Counted from the stretch's first letter, positions 29,591-42,835 are shown. The stretch is DNA of 64,000 bases from Octopus vulgaris (GCA_951406725.2 OX597825.1:77314001-77378000), one strand, 5' to 3'. Made by a program: numbers and translations. Notes: a model not told the origin generated them from the letters alone.

Positions 29591-30759
29591 TATCTACGCC
29601 TATGCCTATTTATAAAGTTTTCTTATTTTACACAGCATTTCAAAAGATGTGATTGTGAATTCAGCGTTGATGTTCTTTTTGTCGTTGTTATGGACAAACT
29701 GGTCAAAACATTCTATCAAAATCCATAGAAACATTCTTGCTTTTGTTTGGTTCTTGGTTTTTGATGTCTGGTTGGCGAGATTCACGTATATATTGTTAGG
29801 TTTTGTTTTCTCTTCACTTATGAAAGCTTTCGTACTCTATGTTAACAAAAAGCTTTTCAAAATTGTCAGTTTTCGTGTACATTCAGGTGAAAATTTAAAA
29901 CAACCAGTCATCATTCTTTGAAACAATTTGAACAATAGACATCACCAAAGTAATCCACTTTAAAAAATACAAACAATATAATCCAGAAACTAGAGCGTTG
30001 TGTAGAAATTCATGTCATAGTAAAGTCTGGAGTTTGTGAGGAAGAACAAAAAGTAGTGAGAATACCAATATCTGAAAATGGAAGTTGTGTGTTGGAGATA
30101 AAAATGTCGAAGGAGTGTCAGTGCTAGGGGATACTTTTGGCACATTCCAGATGTCGAAAAGAACTATTATAGAAAGCTGCATGTGGAATATCAATATAGA
30201 GCGAGCGAACAGTAGGCAAAATCATCAGAAGAGAACTCTCACCAAGGAAGCGTTTCGGTCTGTTAGATCCTTACATTTTAATGGAACTGAGCCCACTTAG
30301 GGCGCGACCCCTAGATGTTCTGCTGCTTTCGAAATGCTACCTTTCGAATGAATTAAACCCGAAATTGTGTGTTCTTATTTCCTTGTATTGTGGTGTATTA
30401 TTCAGGACAGCCACTTTTCACGGGAGCCATATATACCCCTAAAGGACCTTGGTACATTTGAAGGGTGTCGCATACTAGCTGTGTTATATTACGGAAATTA
30501 ATGAATGAAACTTAAAGCTGTTTCACAAGGTTTACTGGAAGCAAAGATGTGTTCTTGGTGGGACCATGGCCACAAAATGCGGAGAACGATTGCTGTAGGT
30601 AATGCACAAAAACTGAGCTGAGGAAAAAATCTCAGACTATCGTAGTTATAAGTTAAGGTTCGCTGCATCAGCTATAAAATCGACAAAATTTCAAGCTGTA
30701 AAAATTATGAAATAGAGTAAACAAATAACAAAAAATAGAATTTTAATAATACTTTTAAA

Positions 30760-30877
30760 TTTTGGCACAGGGCCAGCAAGTTTGAGAGAAGAATTTAGCT
30801 TATTACATCAAACCTATAATTGTCTGCTACTTTATTTGATCGACTCCGAAACGAGAAAGGCGATGTTGATCTCAGCA
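30760..30877 (-). mobile_element. Diverged Meta-SINE fragment abutting (TAA)n
   Basis: ggcacagggcc...gatcgactccgaaacgagaaaggcgatgttgatctcagc. Confidence 0.65.
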
Positions 30878-30888
30878 TAATAATAATG

Positions 30889-30980
<92 letters not shown>

Positions 30981-31019
30981 TATTATTATTATTATAATAA
31001 TAATAATAATAATAATAAT

Positions 31020-31066
<47 letters not shown>

Positions 31067-31070
31067 CAAC
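30878..31070. repeat. (TAA)n microsatellite with an internal inversion
   Basis: Long TAA array with a short (TTA)n segment near 30980. Confidence 0.95.
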
Positions 31071-31251
31071 AATATTTCAAGGAGACAACATGCGGGCATT
31101 GTACAATTTTTGTGCGGGTCTACATAAAATATAAGGTGGGGAAAAAGGAAAAACGTTCAAATAAGATAAAATATACAGTCTTCGAGAAACGTCTAACGGA
31201 AAACTGAGATATTTACTTTGAGATATAAATGTGTATCTGTGTATATCTGTA

Positions 31252-31303
<52 letters not shown>

Positions 31304-31343
31304 CATACATACATACACATATATATATATACGTATGTTTGTA

Positions 31344-31393
<50 letters not shown>

Positions 31394-31503
31394 TACATAT
31401 ATACACAGATATATCTCAAAGCAAATCTCTCAGGTTTCCGTTTGATGTTATCGAATGCCTATAGACATCATTTTAATTGCTTCAGACTTATGTATATGTA
31501 TGC

Positions 31504-31556
<53 letters not shown>

Positions 31557-31581
31557 TACATATATATATACACATGTATAC

Positions 31582-31614
<33 letters not shown>

Positions 31615-32736
31615 TGTATGTATGTATGTATGTATGTATGTATGTATGTATGTATGAAGATCGCTTCCATTGAATATCTATTACAATATTTAGGAGACGT
31701 AGAAATATTGTGAAAACGAGATAAAAGAATAACGAAAAAGTACAACGAATATTTAAAGACCAAATATTGACGCCATGAAGGAGAGAGAAACCACATATGT
31801 TGTGGAAAGGACATAAAAGTTAATGATATAATGAAAAATGTATGAGCAGATGACCGCAATGAGGCCAATAACCTCTTGTTTTATAGATCTCGTCTCAGTA
31901 ATATCAAATGTAAAGAAATATAAAATTCATATTGAATTTATCGTTGTAAGGTTTCAAAAATTCACGTATATTTCGAAAACAGGAATGGATTGAGAATACT
32001 GAAGTAATAAGTAGGCACCAATCAAATTTTGTGAAAGCGAAATTCAATCGAATTTCGTGAAGGAACAGGAGATATGAATGCTCTAATTCAGGTTTGGTTA
32101 ATTTCCTCGAAGAATATTTCATGCAAGGTTTATGATGGTTTACAAAATGAACGTAAATCGGGAGGAAAATTTAGTGTAGAATTTAAGAATTAAAGACTCT
32201 GTCATGTTCGCTGCAGTATGTACAGTTCACTAACAATTACCCCATTATGGAATCAACAATGTGTTTATAAACAATAATGTGTAATACAACCATAAGGCCA
32301 AAACTTTTTGAGGTAGGAAGTTAAGTCGATTATAAGGACATCAGTATATGACTGGTACTGCAGTCGATAACACTGTAGTATAAGATAAATCCTGAAGATA
32401 AACATTGAAAGACAAAACGAAAGAAATGTGTAACGGCCATGTTGGGGCACCCCTTTCAAGGATTTAGTTGAACATGTTGGACATAGTAGACGTATCTTTT
32501 TAGTCTTTTTGCTAAGTTACGCAGACGTAAACAAATAAACACCGGTTATCAATCAAGTTGAGGTGAGAAACTCTAACACGCATACACTTACACATCGGCC
32601 CCAGTGTTCAACTGGTACTTATTTTATCGGCGGAATTTCAACTAAGAATGTAATGGCGGACGAAATGTCGCTGAGTATTTTTCTTTTTTGTCCGATTTGC
32701 TAACAATTCTGTCTTTATTATTATCATTATTATCAA

Positions 32737-32993
32737 GGTGGTGAGCTGGCAGAACTGTTAGCACTTTGGGTGAAATACTTAACGGTATTTCACCTGTCGC
32801 TACGTTCTGTGTTCAAATTCCGCCGAGGCCGACTTTGCCTTTCATCCTTTCGGGGTCGATAAATTAAGTACCAGTTACGCACTGGGGTCGATATAATCGA
32901 CTTAATTCATTTATTTGTCCTTGTTTGACCCCTATGTGTTTACTCCCTTGTGGGTAGTAAAGAAATAGGTATTTCGTCTGTCGCTACCTTCTG
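32737..32993 (+). mobile_element. Full Meta-SINE (tail B) followed by the start of a second unit
   Basis: Head ggtggtgagctggcagaa, Meta core, tail ...gtaaagaaatag, then gtatttcgtctgtcgctac again. Confidence 0.88.
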
Positions 32994-33039
32994 CAATAAA
33001 TATACAAACATCAATATAACCAGAATTAAACGAGATAAT

Positions 33040-33248
33040 CCTTTCTACTACAGGCACAAGACCTGAAATTTGGGGAAGAGGGTCAGTCAATTACATCGAC
33101 CCCATTGTTTCACTGGTACTTATTTAATCGACTTCGAAACGGTAAAAGGCAAAGTTGACCTCGGCGGAATTTGTACCAAGAACGTAGCGACGGGCGAAAT
33201 GCCGCAAAGCATTTCGTCCAGCGGGCTAAAGATTCTGCTAGCTCGCCG
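33040..33248 (-). mobile_element. Meta-domain SINE (tail A), full length
   Basis: ctttctactacaggcacaagacc...aaaggcaaagttgacctcggcggaattt...gattctgctagctcgccg. Confidence 0.88.
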
Positions 33249-33261
33249 CATTAGATTAAAC

Positions 33262-33545
33262 CGGTGGTTCCAAAAGTGGGCGGTATTGCCCACCCCCCTC
33301 CGGGGGCGGTAGGAAGTTCCAAGGGGGCATTGAAGAAAAGTGGGGTGATAATGGGGAGGGGGTGATTCATGTAAAATCAACAAAATAATGGGTTCATTAG
33401 GTTAAATTTTATTTGGGAAATACAGTTGCTTTGAATTTGCTTCAAGAAGAGGTATGTGTTTGTAATGGTTATTTGGGGTGAAGGTGCTAGAATTGCGGCC
33501 CTGGTGTCAAGGGGGCGGCAGTTCGAAAACGCTTGGGAACCACTG
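33262..33545. mobile_element. hAT (Charlie-like) MITE
   Basis: TIRs cggtggttccaaa and ttgggaaccactg. Perfect 8-bp TSD GATTAAAC at 33254-33261 and 33546-33553. Confidence 0.92.
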
Positions 33546-34089
33546 GATTAAACAAAATAATATAAAGAGTAGCGTGATAGCTGGTTACTCTCTCGGATCC
33601 GGTTGCCTAGAAATATTAAAAAAATCCAATCCATGCATGCAACAAGGTAAACGGATATACAGAATAGGAAAATAAAAGAGGCGGTTTTTCAGTCTTTAAT
33701 GAAATGAATGTTCGAAAAGAAGAACAAGAAAGGAAGACAAATACTTGAAAAATTTAACAAAAAACGAATAGCCGAAAATCAAAGGACGTGTGAAACGACA
33801 GGTTCTTAGTTAATCATAAAGAACCACTTGGTATGGAAAGTGGTAACAGTTCTTTGAACAAGACAAACCGTTTGATGCCATTTCTAAATTTAGTATATTA
33901 AGAACTCGGAAAAGATATAAAAGGAATCAATGCAATACCCAAAGCAAGAGAATTCTTGTGCGGTATATGGAGAGCGGATACAGGGTCAGAGACAAGATTG
34001 TTTGAAAGATGGAACGCAGTGTCTGGAAAACACAGGCTATCCAATCTTTTACAAGAAATATGCTAAACACTAAATAATAAAATAAAAAC

Positions 34090-34154
34090 AGTAATAATAC
34101 TAATAATAATAGTAATAACAATAATAATGATAATAATAATAATAATAATAATAA

Positions 34155-34201
<47 letters not shown>

Positions 34202-34290
34202 ATAATAATAGTAGTAGTAGTAGTAGTAGTAGTAATAATAATAATAATAATAATAATAGTAGTAGTAGTAGTAGTAGTAGTAATAATAAC

Positions 34291-34380
<90 letters not shown>

Positions 34381-34445
34381 AAGAAGAAGAAGAAGAAGAA
34401 GAAGAAGAACAACAACAACAACAACAACAACAAAAGCAACAACAG
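34090..34445. repeat. Compound trinucleotide array (TAA/TAG/GAA/CAA)
   Basis: In-phase succession of trinucleotide runs. Confidence 0.95.
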
Positions 34446-34578
34446 TAATCATTTTTCTGGAGGCACAATGCCTGAAATTTTGGGGAAGGGGACTTGTCAA
34501 TTACATCGATCGCAGTGGTTCACTGGTATATAATTTATCGACCTTGGCGGAATTTGAATTTGAATATGAATATATATA

Positions 34579-35732
34579 CAGAGGTTGGACAAAATAATGG
34601 AAACACCTTAAAATTTCAGACAAATTTATTTTAATATGGAGTAGGACCGTCTTTGGAAGTAATTACCGCTTGAATTCTACGAGGTATGGACTCGTACAAA
34701 GTTTGAATTGTTTCCAGAGGAATTTTTGTCCATTCTTCAGCTAAAACAGTCTCCAGTTCTTATAGTGATGATTGTCGAGGATATCGACTTCTTACTTGTT
34801 TTTCTAAATAATATTGAGATCTGGGGACTGTGGTGGCCAGATAAAATGTTCAACTTCACTAGAATGTTCCCCGTGCCATTCAGTAACAACTTTAGCTGTG
34901 TGAATTGGTGCATTATCATCCTGAAAGATTGCGTTTCCCTACGGAAACAGTTCCGCAACCATAGGATGAATTTGATCAGATAAAATGCTTAAATAGTGTT
35001 GACTATTAATTCTGCCATGACGGGAAAACATTTCCAAGATATCGCACTCACACCACCCCAGATCATCACAGATCCTCCTTCATGCTGGAAGAAGGTAGTC
35101 TGGGTCAAATGCTTCTTTTAGCTGTCTCCACACGTATACTCAGCCGGTGGTGGGAAATAAGGTAAAGGATGACTCATCCGAGAAAATAGCATTCTTCCAC
35201 TGCTCTGGGGATTAATTCTGTAGGTTTTTACTCCACTTTAAACGCTTTACAACGATTGTTTTTGTAAGCAGTGGTTTTCTGATTGCAGCTCTCCCCTGAA
35301 ATCCGGCTTTGTGCAGCTCCCAGAGTTTTTGTGGAAACTGGGTTCTTAAGCTGGTCATTAAGCTCTGTAGTAATTTGGGGATCAGTACTTTTGTGATCCT
35401 TTCTAACAATTGGCGTAAGAGCCCGGCGGTCCCTATCTGAAAGTTTTGGTTTTCTTCTGGAGTTTTGCTTCAACGAGGAGGTTTTTGCCTCTTTCCCAAA
35501 GTCTTTCGAGACAGTACTTCTTGCTACACCAAACATTTCAGCTGTTTTTGTTGTGCTAGCGCCGGCCATACCACCACCAACACTTTGACCACTTTGAAAG
35601 TCCGATAGATCTGTCATTTTAATGAATTTTAATTACTATTTTCTTATGATATTTGAAAAGAAACAGCAATTTTAGCAAAGCATTTTAAGCAACACTAACA
35701 ACAAATCAAAAGACATTATTTTGTCCAACCCC

Positions 35733-35734
<2 letters not shown>
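34579..35734 (-). mobile_element. Tc1/mariner transposon, DD36E (Incomer-like) spacing, defective
   Basis: TIRs cagaggttggacaaaataatg and cattattttgtccaacccctg, in TA-rich flanks; about 1.16 kb. Confidence 0.92.
34660..35617 (-). pseudogene. Frameshifted Tc1 transposase
   Basis: MTDLSDFQSGQ..TAEMFGVARSTVSK (paired-like HTH), AAIRKPLL, AIFSDESSF, FQDDNAPIHTAK...WPPQSPDLNII* (catalytic E codon now TAG). Confidence 0.92.
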
Positions 35735-35780
<46 letters not shown>

Positions 35781-35784
<4 letters not shown>

Positions 35785-36173
35785 TTTCGACTGACTAGTT
35801 TCGACTGACTAGTCGTAAGTTGGCCTATAGGCCTACATAGCTTCGTTTTATATTTTTACATTCTTACAGTACATTCTCAATTAGAAGTTACACGACATTC
35901 TGTATTATACTATTATATTAGCATTAGTCAAAAATTTTGGCGTCTCAAGCAGTCGTCTTATAAACAAATATGAATGTGCCTCGATGTTTCCGCAACAGGA
36001 TAGTCACGCACTACAATGGAGATTGATAACCAAACCTAGAGGAAGCATTTGTTAGCTGACGTCAACCAGAAATTAAACCCATTAGACTTCAACTGGGCTA
36101 TTTATTATTGCCGCCAGTCGTTGTAAAGTCGATTGGTCGTAAGTCGGATCAGTCGTAAGTCGACAAAGACCTG
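35781..36173 (-). mobile_element. Tigger/pogo-like MITE remnant
   Basis: End reads TA|caggtctttgtcgacttacgactgatccgacttacgacc on the minus strand, with the repeated CGACTTACGAC motif typical of Tigger TIRs. The other end is truncated. Confidence 0.6.
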
Positions 36174-36180
36174 TATATAC

Positions 36181-36217
<37 letters not shown>

Positions 36218-36875
36218 GATAGATAGGTAGATATACATATACATGGATATATATGTATATATACGTACATGTATAAATATATATATATAAATATACACAT
36301 ACACACACATATTACATGCACACACAGACACACACACAATTCTATGTGTGTGGTTTCCTTACAAATTAGCCCACGTGATCAGCTCTCTTTCGGAGAAATT
36401 TTTACGAGCATTAACACTAAAACACGTTGGCCGATATGTGATGAAACTATAAATATGCCAAATCTATAAAAACTTTCATTTTGGTTTTTTTAAATTTGAC
36501 GTTTGTGAATTCAATTATTGCTTTCTCAAACAACTTTATCTCATTTCTCTCTCTCTCTCTCTTTCTCTCTCTCTCATTCACTGTCTATTCATATAATCTA
36601 TCTGTCTGTGTGCCTTTTTGTCTATCTAGCTGTCTGTATTTCTGTCTGACTGTCTTTCTCTCGCAGTTTCTGTCTGTCTGTCTACCTATTTATCTACCTT
36701 TCTGTGTGTCTGTCTGTCTGCTCTTTCGATTTAGGAAATAAGAGTTTTTCAATAGGCTGGAAAACCTATATATCAAGAAAAAAAGCAGTCTGCAATATAT
36801 TTTGCTTAATCTTTCGATAGATAGGTAGATAAATAGATGTATCGATGGATAGATAGATAAATAGATGTATCGATG

Positions 36876-36973
<98 letters not shown>

Positions 36974-36986
36974 TAGATATATATAT

Positions 36987-37055
<69 letters not shown>

Positions 37056-37392
37056 CGGAGAGGCGTTTGCTCCTCTCCGTTATGCGATAAAAGTGAAACA
37101 GAAAGTTATAATAGACATTTCTTTATTCTTGTTATGGCCACCCACCACACACACACACACACACACACACAAGCACACAGCTCACAGCTAGATGCAAATA
37201 ATGACAAACCAATTCATACCTAGACTGTCACGATATTGTGTGAACCCGTCCGTAGATTTAAAAAAAAATACCCACAGTTGTTCCCTTAGATTGTTGTAGT
37301 TCAACATTTAGCTGATGGTGTGCTCCTTGATTGCAGTGTTTCGTCAAAGCATGAGTTTTAGCCAACTGTGTGCCGAATGCATGCACTGCTAC

Positions 37393-37438
37393 TACTAACC
37401 TGTATGCGGTTGTATTCAATTTCTAACCCTTGCTTTAG
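37393..37438 (+). promoter_or_regulatory. Branch point and 3' splice site of exon 4a
   Basis: Perfect TACTAAC at 37393-37399, a second TTCTAAC at 37421-37427, then pyrimidine tract ccttgcttt and AG. Confidence 0.7.
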
Positions 37439-37548
37439 GAATGGCAGGACCTCAAACTAAGATGGAATCCGAAGGAATATGGTGGTGTGAATCGACTGTA
37501 CGTGCCCTCGGTGGAACTCTGGCTGCCAGACATCGTACTATACAATAA
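37439..37548 (+). CDS. nAChR: Internal exon ('exon 4a') of a nicotinic acetylcholine receptor (Cys-loop) subunit, alpha-like loop A
   Basis: ttgctttag|GAA...AAT AA|gtaagt, 110 bp, phase 0 to phase 2. Translates [36 protein letters not shown](N), the canonical WxDxxLxWNPxxYGG...[10 protein letters not shown] nAChR motif. 110 bp is the conserved size of nAChR exon 4. Confidence 0.95.
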
Positions 37549-38043
37549 GTAAGTAGTATAGCGCCTCATAGGTGTACTGCGTCATATTGACGTGTGCCAA
37601 GCAGGATATAGTTATCTGTTCACATCGTTATTTATAATATTGAATAGAGAATTGAGCCACATGAACACTTGTTGTGAAGGTAATCTTTGTTGATGTTAGC
37701 TAGTTCTAGATATATTGTAAATGTAAAGAAAAAAAGCATATAGAAAAAGTTTAACGACAATAAAAGCAACAGCTTAGCCATTTGCGTGATAGAAAGTACA
37801 TTTGATACGAACGATTTTTCTCATATATACTTAGACAAATGCGCTTATAAGACACACTACATTATATCCTATAATAATACGTCACAGCCTATTAGGGAGA
37901 ACTAGCTTCATCCGCCATTAAATACATGATACGTTACGCACTAGAGAACGCATATTCACACATGCAAATACATACAAGCACATACATATATTTACACACA
38001 GACACACAGACATATATAGATATACATACATATATGTGTCTGC

Positions 38044-38075
<32 letters not shown>

Positions 38076-38104
38076 ATATATATACATATATATACATATA
38101 TACG

Positions 38105-38152
<48 letters not shown>

Positions 38153-38513
38153 AGGCTCGCACGTGCATATTGTTCAGAGGTATGTACAAGTATATCTTCC
38201 TATACATAGGTATAAGTAAGGGAAATGTGCTGACGCACGTCAATTATGAATAATCATTATGATTATTCAGATTATAGAGAAGTGATGCGAGAGAGACAAT
38301 CAAGTATCTATTTAATTACATGCTTGCATGCAACTACGTCTATGGATTTACATATCTACAAAATACGCTCCAGAATGTGCATGCGTGAATGCATGTCTCT
38401 AAGCGTATACTTACATACATACATGCATACATATATATATATAAATACATATATGTATATATATATATATGAATGTGTATGTATGTATATATATATATAT
38501 ATATATATTTATA

Positions 38514-38546
<33 letters not shown>

Positions 38547-38555
38547 ATGTATATC

Positions 38556-38620
38556 AGGGCACATGGCCCAGTGGTTAGGGAGTTGCTTTCACTATCACAA
38601 GATCTCGGTTTCAATTCCTG
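38556..38620 (+). mobile_element. Isolated tRNA-like SINE head
   Basis: TGGCCCAGTGG (A box) and ggtttcaattcc (B box), as in the 43184 copy. Confidence 0.6.
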
Positions 38621-38713
38621 CGACACGAATATTTGATCGCTTAAACAATTCATTTGTGTGGGTCGTTCAGCAAAAGCAGGACGCTCATTCGTCGTCTTCG
38701 AGGGGAGAGTCGA

Positions 38714-38780
<67 letters not shown>

Positions 38781-40632
38781 ATGAAGTTGGAAAAACCATA
38801 ATTCAAACGAGGATTCAATACAAGTGTTAGGGAAAGTGAGTATGTAGAATGTAGATCGTAAGCTCCTGCGAGAACTCATACGTTTCCTGGACCCAGTAAT
38901 ATTAAAAACTGGGCTCAAATCAAAACAAAATCCTTCATGATCTACATCCACTAAGTTTTACATTTTTTCCTAACTGCCCTTGAAACGGATAAACTGCCCT
39001 TCTTGACTTTAGCTGAAATAAGCACTAAGCATATGTCTTTGTATGGTGTGTGTATGTGTGTGTATATATACTCACGATGTTAATTAAAGCAGTGGGATAA
39101 TAATAGGTGGATAATTATATACCTAAGATTTGTAATTATATTCATCGTTATACGTTTATTAAGAATTCTATGGCGCTTATTTTAACATTTCCCGACTTCA
39201 TTTTAAAATATAAATACAGAATCTTTAACGGAAATATAATAATGATAAAATTATGAATATTAACAGTTTAAGTCATTTTTAGAAAACGTAGTTTTACTAC
39301 GTAAGTTAGAAGAGAAATAACGCAAATGTCAGCTTATAATAAACATACTGAGAATGTATCGAGGTACATAGCATTTGAACTCCAGTGGGCGCCTGTTATA
39401 TAAGCTGTTAACGATATAACAGACAATATAGCAGGCAAACAGAGTTTTAAAAAATCTACTTGAATATTTACATTGTTCTTGTGTGAATATATATAAGAAT
39501 TAATTATATTAAAGTGATGATATATTTCATTTTACACGAGTAGCTTGATTTGATGTTGCTCTCGTCTTAGCTGAGAATGTGTACAAGTACAATTAGCTCA
39601 AGTAGATCTTTCGATAAACTCGATAGCTGCTCAGTCCGGTAGATGCCCCGGCCTAATGAGCATAAAAACTCGAGATGTATTAATTATTTTATTGTACGAT
39701 ATCTGTCTATACTAATTACGTTGGTAAATTCCGTTTCTGAACGTATAGAAATAGTAACATGCTCCGTAAAAATAGATATACACACAGGCGTAGGCATATA
39801 TATATATACATACTACATACATATACATTGATATATACATACGTATATATATATATATAACGCATGTATATATGTGTGTATATATATATGTGCGTGTTTG
39901 TGTGTGCGTATGTATATATTGATAGGTATGCATTAATGCAATAGAGTTTACCACAATTTGTTGACTCGGGTCCCGTAAGCATATTATTTCTAGACCCTTG
40001 TTATGTTAACATTTTCAACGAAGCAAAGTCAAGCGAGAATATTGTGAAACGCCACAATATAATATCTAATAGAACTACATGTTGAAATTTTGATATTTTG
40101 AATGCATTACATACACGTGTTTCGAGAGTAGATATATAAGAGAATATTTACGTCATATCTTCCTCAGTCGTAAAATTTCGAATAATTTTGTACCAATTTT
40201 CTTACTCGTGATAGGTTTATAAAATGCACTCAAATATCAATTTAACATTTGGTTTCTGTCTCTACACACGCTCGCACTCGCACGCACGTACACATACACA
40301 TATACATTATGTGTGTGCCTGTGTGTGTTTGTCTATGTATATAAAATATTAAAAGGATACACACATCTTAATAATATGTGTGTATGGGGAATATGGTATT
40401 CCTCCGTTTATTTCCCAAAGACTATCGTAACGTACCCAACAAATAATCAGTTTATTATAGGGCAGTTTCAGTGAATATTTTTCGGTTAGATGAAGATGTG
40501 CAATACAAGGTTCGTGTCAACCTGATTACCACACACAAACGTACTCACCAATCCACGTGAGTATGTGTGTGTGTATGTGCGCACGCCTATGGATGTATAT
40601 ATATATATCTATATACATACATAAATACATAC

Positions 40633-40668
<36 letters not shown>

Positions 40669-40682
40669 TTATATATATATAT

Positions 40683-40871
40683 TGGGAGAGTTTACGAAAA
40701 AAACAAAAGATGAAGACAGGTGGTGTACAAAACAAACAGATGTATTAGTATAACGCTCAGGAATAGGAAAAAGTCTTTTACGTTTCGAGCCTACGCTCTT
40801 CTACATAAAGGTACACAGTAAAAACAAGGAGAGAAACAAGGAGAGAAAAAAATGTGTGTAGTGGCTAACGA

Positions 40872-40872
<1 letters not shown>
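40683..40872 (-). mobile_element. Penelope-type pLTR fragment with minimal hammerhead-like motif (40775-40810)
   Basis: Minus strand: cttt-ATGTAGA-a-gagc-gtag-gctc-GAAA-CGTA-aaag, giving stem I, stem II and a palindromic ACGT stem III. Core positions 3 and 6 are non-canonical. Confidence 0.6.
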
Positions 40873-40906
<34 letters not shown>

Positions 40907-40908
<2 letters not shown>

Positions 40909-41227
40909 GGCTCAGTGGTTAGAGCGTCGAGCTTACGATCGTCAGGTTGTGAGCTCGAATCCCGGACCGGGCTGCGTGTTGTGTTCTCGAGCAAGGCACT
41001 TTATTTCACGTTGCTCCAGTTCACTCAGCTGTAGAAATGAGTTGCAACGTCACTGGTGCCAAGCTGTATCGACCTTTGTCTTTCCCTTGGATAACACTGG
41101 TGGCGTGGAGAGGGAGGCTGGTATGCATGGGCGACTGCTGGTCTTCCATAAACAACCTTGCCCAGACTTGTGTCTAGGAGGGTAACTTTCTAGGTGCAAT
41201 CCCATGGTCATTCATGACCGAAGGGGG

Positions 41228-41232
<5 letters not shown>
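40907..41232 (+). mobile_element. tRNA-derived SINE with CORE-like body (family D), inserted in (TA)n
   Basis: TGGCTCAGTGG A box, agctcgaatccc B box, body gagcaaggcactttatttcacgttgctccagttcactcagctgtagaaatgag. Confidence 0.85.
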
Positions 41233-41281
<49 letters not shown>

Positions 41282-42009
41282 ATACACAATATCTCACCAC
41301 CTTACAGAGTCTTCGCTCGATTCGATGCTCCAACAGCTGTGGATTCCCAGTAATCGCTGTCAGGGACTATTTTGTACTATTTTCACCAGTCGTTAGGTGG
41401 CTAAATTTGGATTGATCTAAATGAAATTAAATATCCTTATCCAGCCTTGCCTAATTGTTTGCCTCACTACTTTAACCTCTATATAAATACATAACTCACA
41501 CAGAGACATATGTCCAAAATATCTCTCCCTGTACTAACTACAGTGTCCAAGCCTTCATCACCAGAATAACAATCCACTAGAATAGTAGAACAATTTTCCA
41601 ATCGCAATAGTTTAAACAGAACATTGACAACATCGTTCAGGGAGGGCACGGAAACCGCGTTGTCTCAGCTCGTCCTACACACAGAACACTGGAAAAACTA
41701 AACATATATTTATACCTCTGAGTGTGAGTGTGTGTGTGTGCTGCGTATGTCCGTGTGTATGTGTATCTACTGTGTATATGAGTATTTATGTTAGTATATA
41801 TTTTGATACAGCCAATAGAATAGTGAAATCTATAGATGGTGAAATCTATAAGTCTGATGCTAATTTCCACCTAAGACACAATTCTTCACTTTAGATAGTA
41901 TTTCTGCATTTCTGCACTTACGTTTGCCATTTTTTTATCACTTCACATACTAACATTTCTCAATAATATTAAAGGATAATTTTCTTGATATTATTATATA
42001 TTTTTTTTC

Positions 42010-42176
42010 CGACGAGGTCGATTTTGCCGTTAATCCTTTCCAGGTCGATAAAATAATTTCCAGTCGAGGACTGGGGTTAGCATCATCGACTGGTCCCCTG
42101 CCCCCTGTCCCGCTGCCCCCCTGGCCCCCTGCCCCCCTGCCCCAAAATTTTCGGCCTTGTGCCTACAGTAGAAAAA

Positions 42177-42180
<4 letters not shown>
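42010..42180 (+). mobile_element. Meta-SINE (tail A) ending in (ATT)n
   Basis: gaggtcgattttgcc...actgggg...ggccttgtgcctacagtagaaaaa(att)n, with an internal gccccct minirepeat. Confidence 0.8.
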
Positions 42181-42228
<48 letters not shown>

Positions 42229-42352
42229 ATTACTCAGTACTTTATAATCTTAAGGCATGAATTTACTCTATGAACCGCGCGCAGCATATTGTGACATTGC
42301 TACGTATAGGGATAGGTTTTACATATTTTACTACTACTACTACTACTACTAC

Positions 42353-42419
<67 letters not shown>

Positions 42420-42469
42420 AACAACTACAACAACAACAACCACTGATGGTTTCTCATATTTACCATTCA

Positions 42470-42605
42470 TTCCCTCTAAATTTTGTGCCAAGTTCGATTT
42501 TGCCCTTCATCGTTTCGGGGTCGATAAATTAAGTACCAGTCGGTATAATCGACTATCTCATTGACTCAAATTTCAGGACCTGGGCCTATAGCAGAAAGGA
42601 TTAGT
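42470..42605 (+). mobile_element. Meta-SINE fragment (tail A)
   Basis: tcgattttgcccttcatcgtttcggggtcgataaattaagtaccagt...cctatagcagaaagga. Confidence 0.8.
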
Positions 42606-42619
42606 ATTAATATTATTGT

Positions 42620-42625
42620 TGCTGT

Positions 42626-42664
<39 letters not shown>

Positions 42665-42696
42665 CACTACCACTACTGCTGTCGCTGCTGCTGCTG

Positions 42697-42740
<44 letters not shown>

Positions 42741-42750
42741 GCTGCTGCTG

Positions 42751-42784
<34 letters not shown>

Positions 42785-42785
42785 C

Positions 42786-42818
<33 letters not shown>

Positions 42819-42835
42819 ACTACTACTACTACTGT
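42620..42835. repeat. (CTA)n/(CTG)n compound microsatellite
   Basis: Visible array. Confidence 0.95.

Noticed and set aside
30290-30600. Possible old hAT MITE
   Set aside because: Only vague terminal similarity; no TIR pair or TSD could be confirmed.
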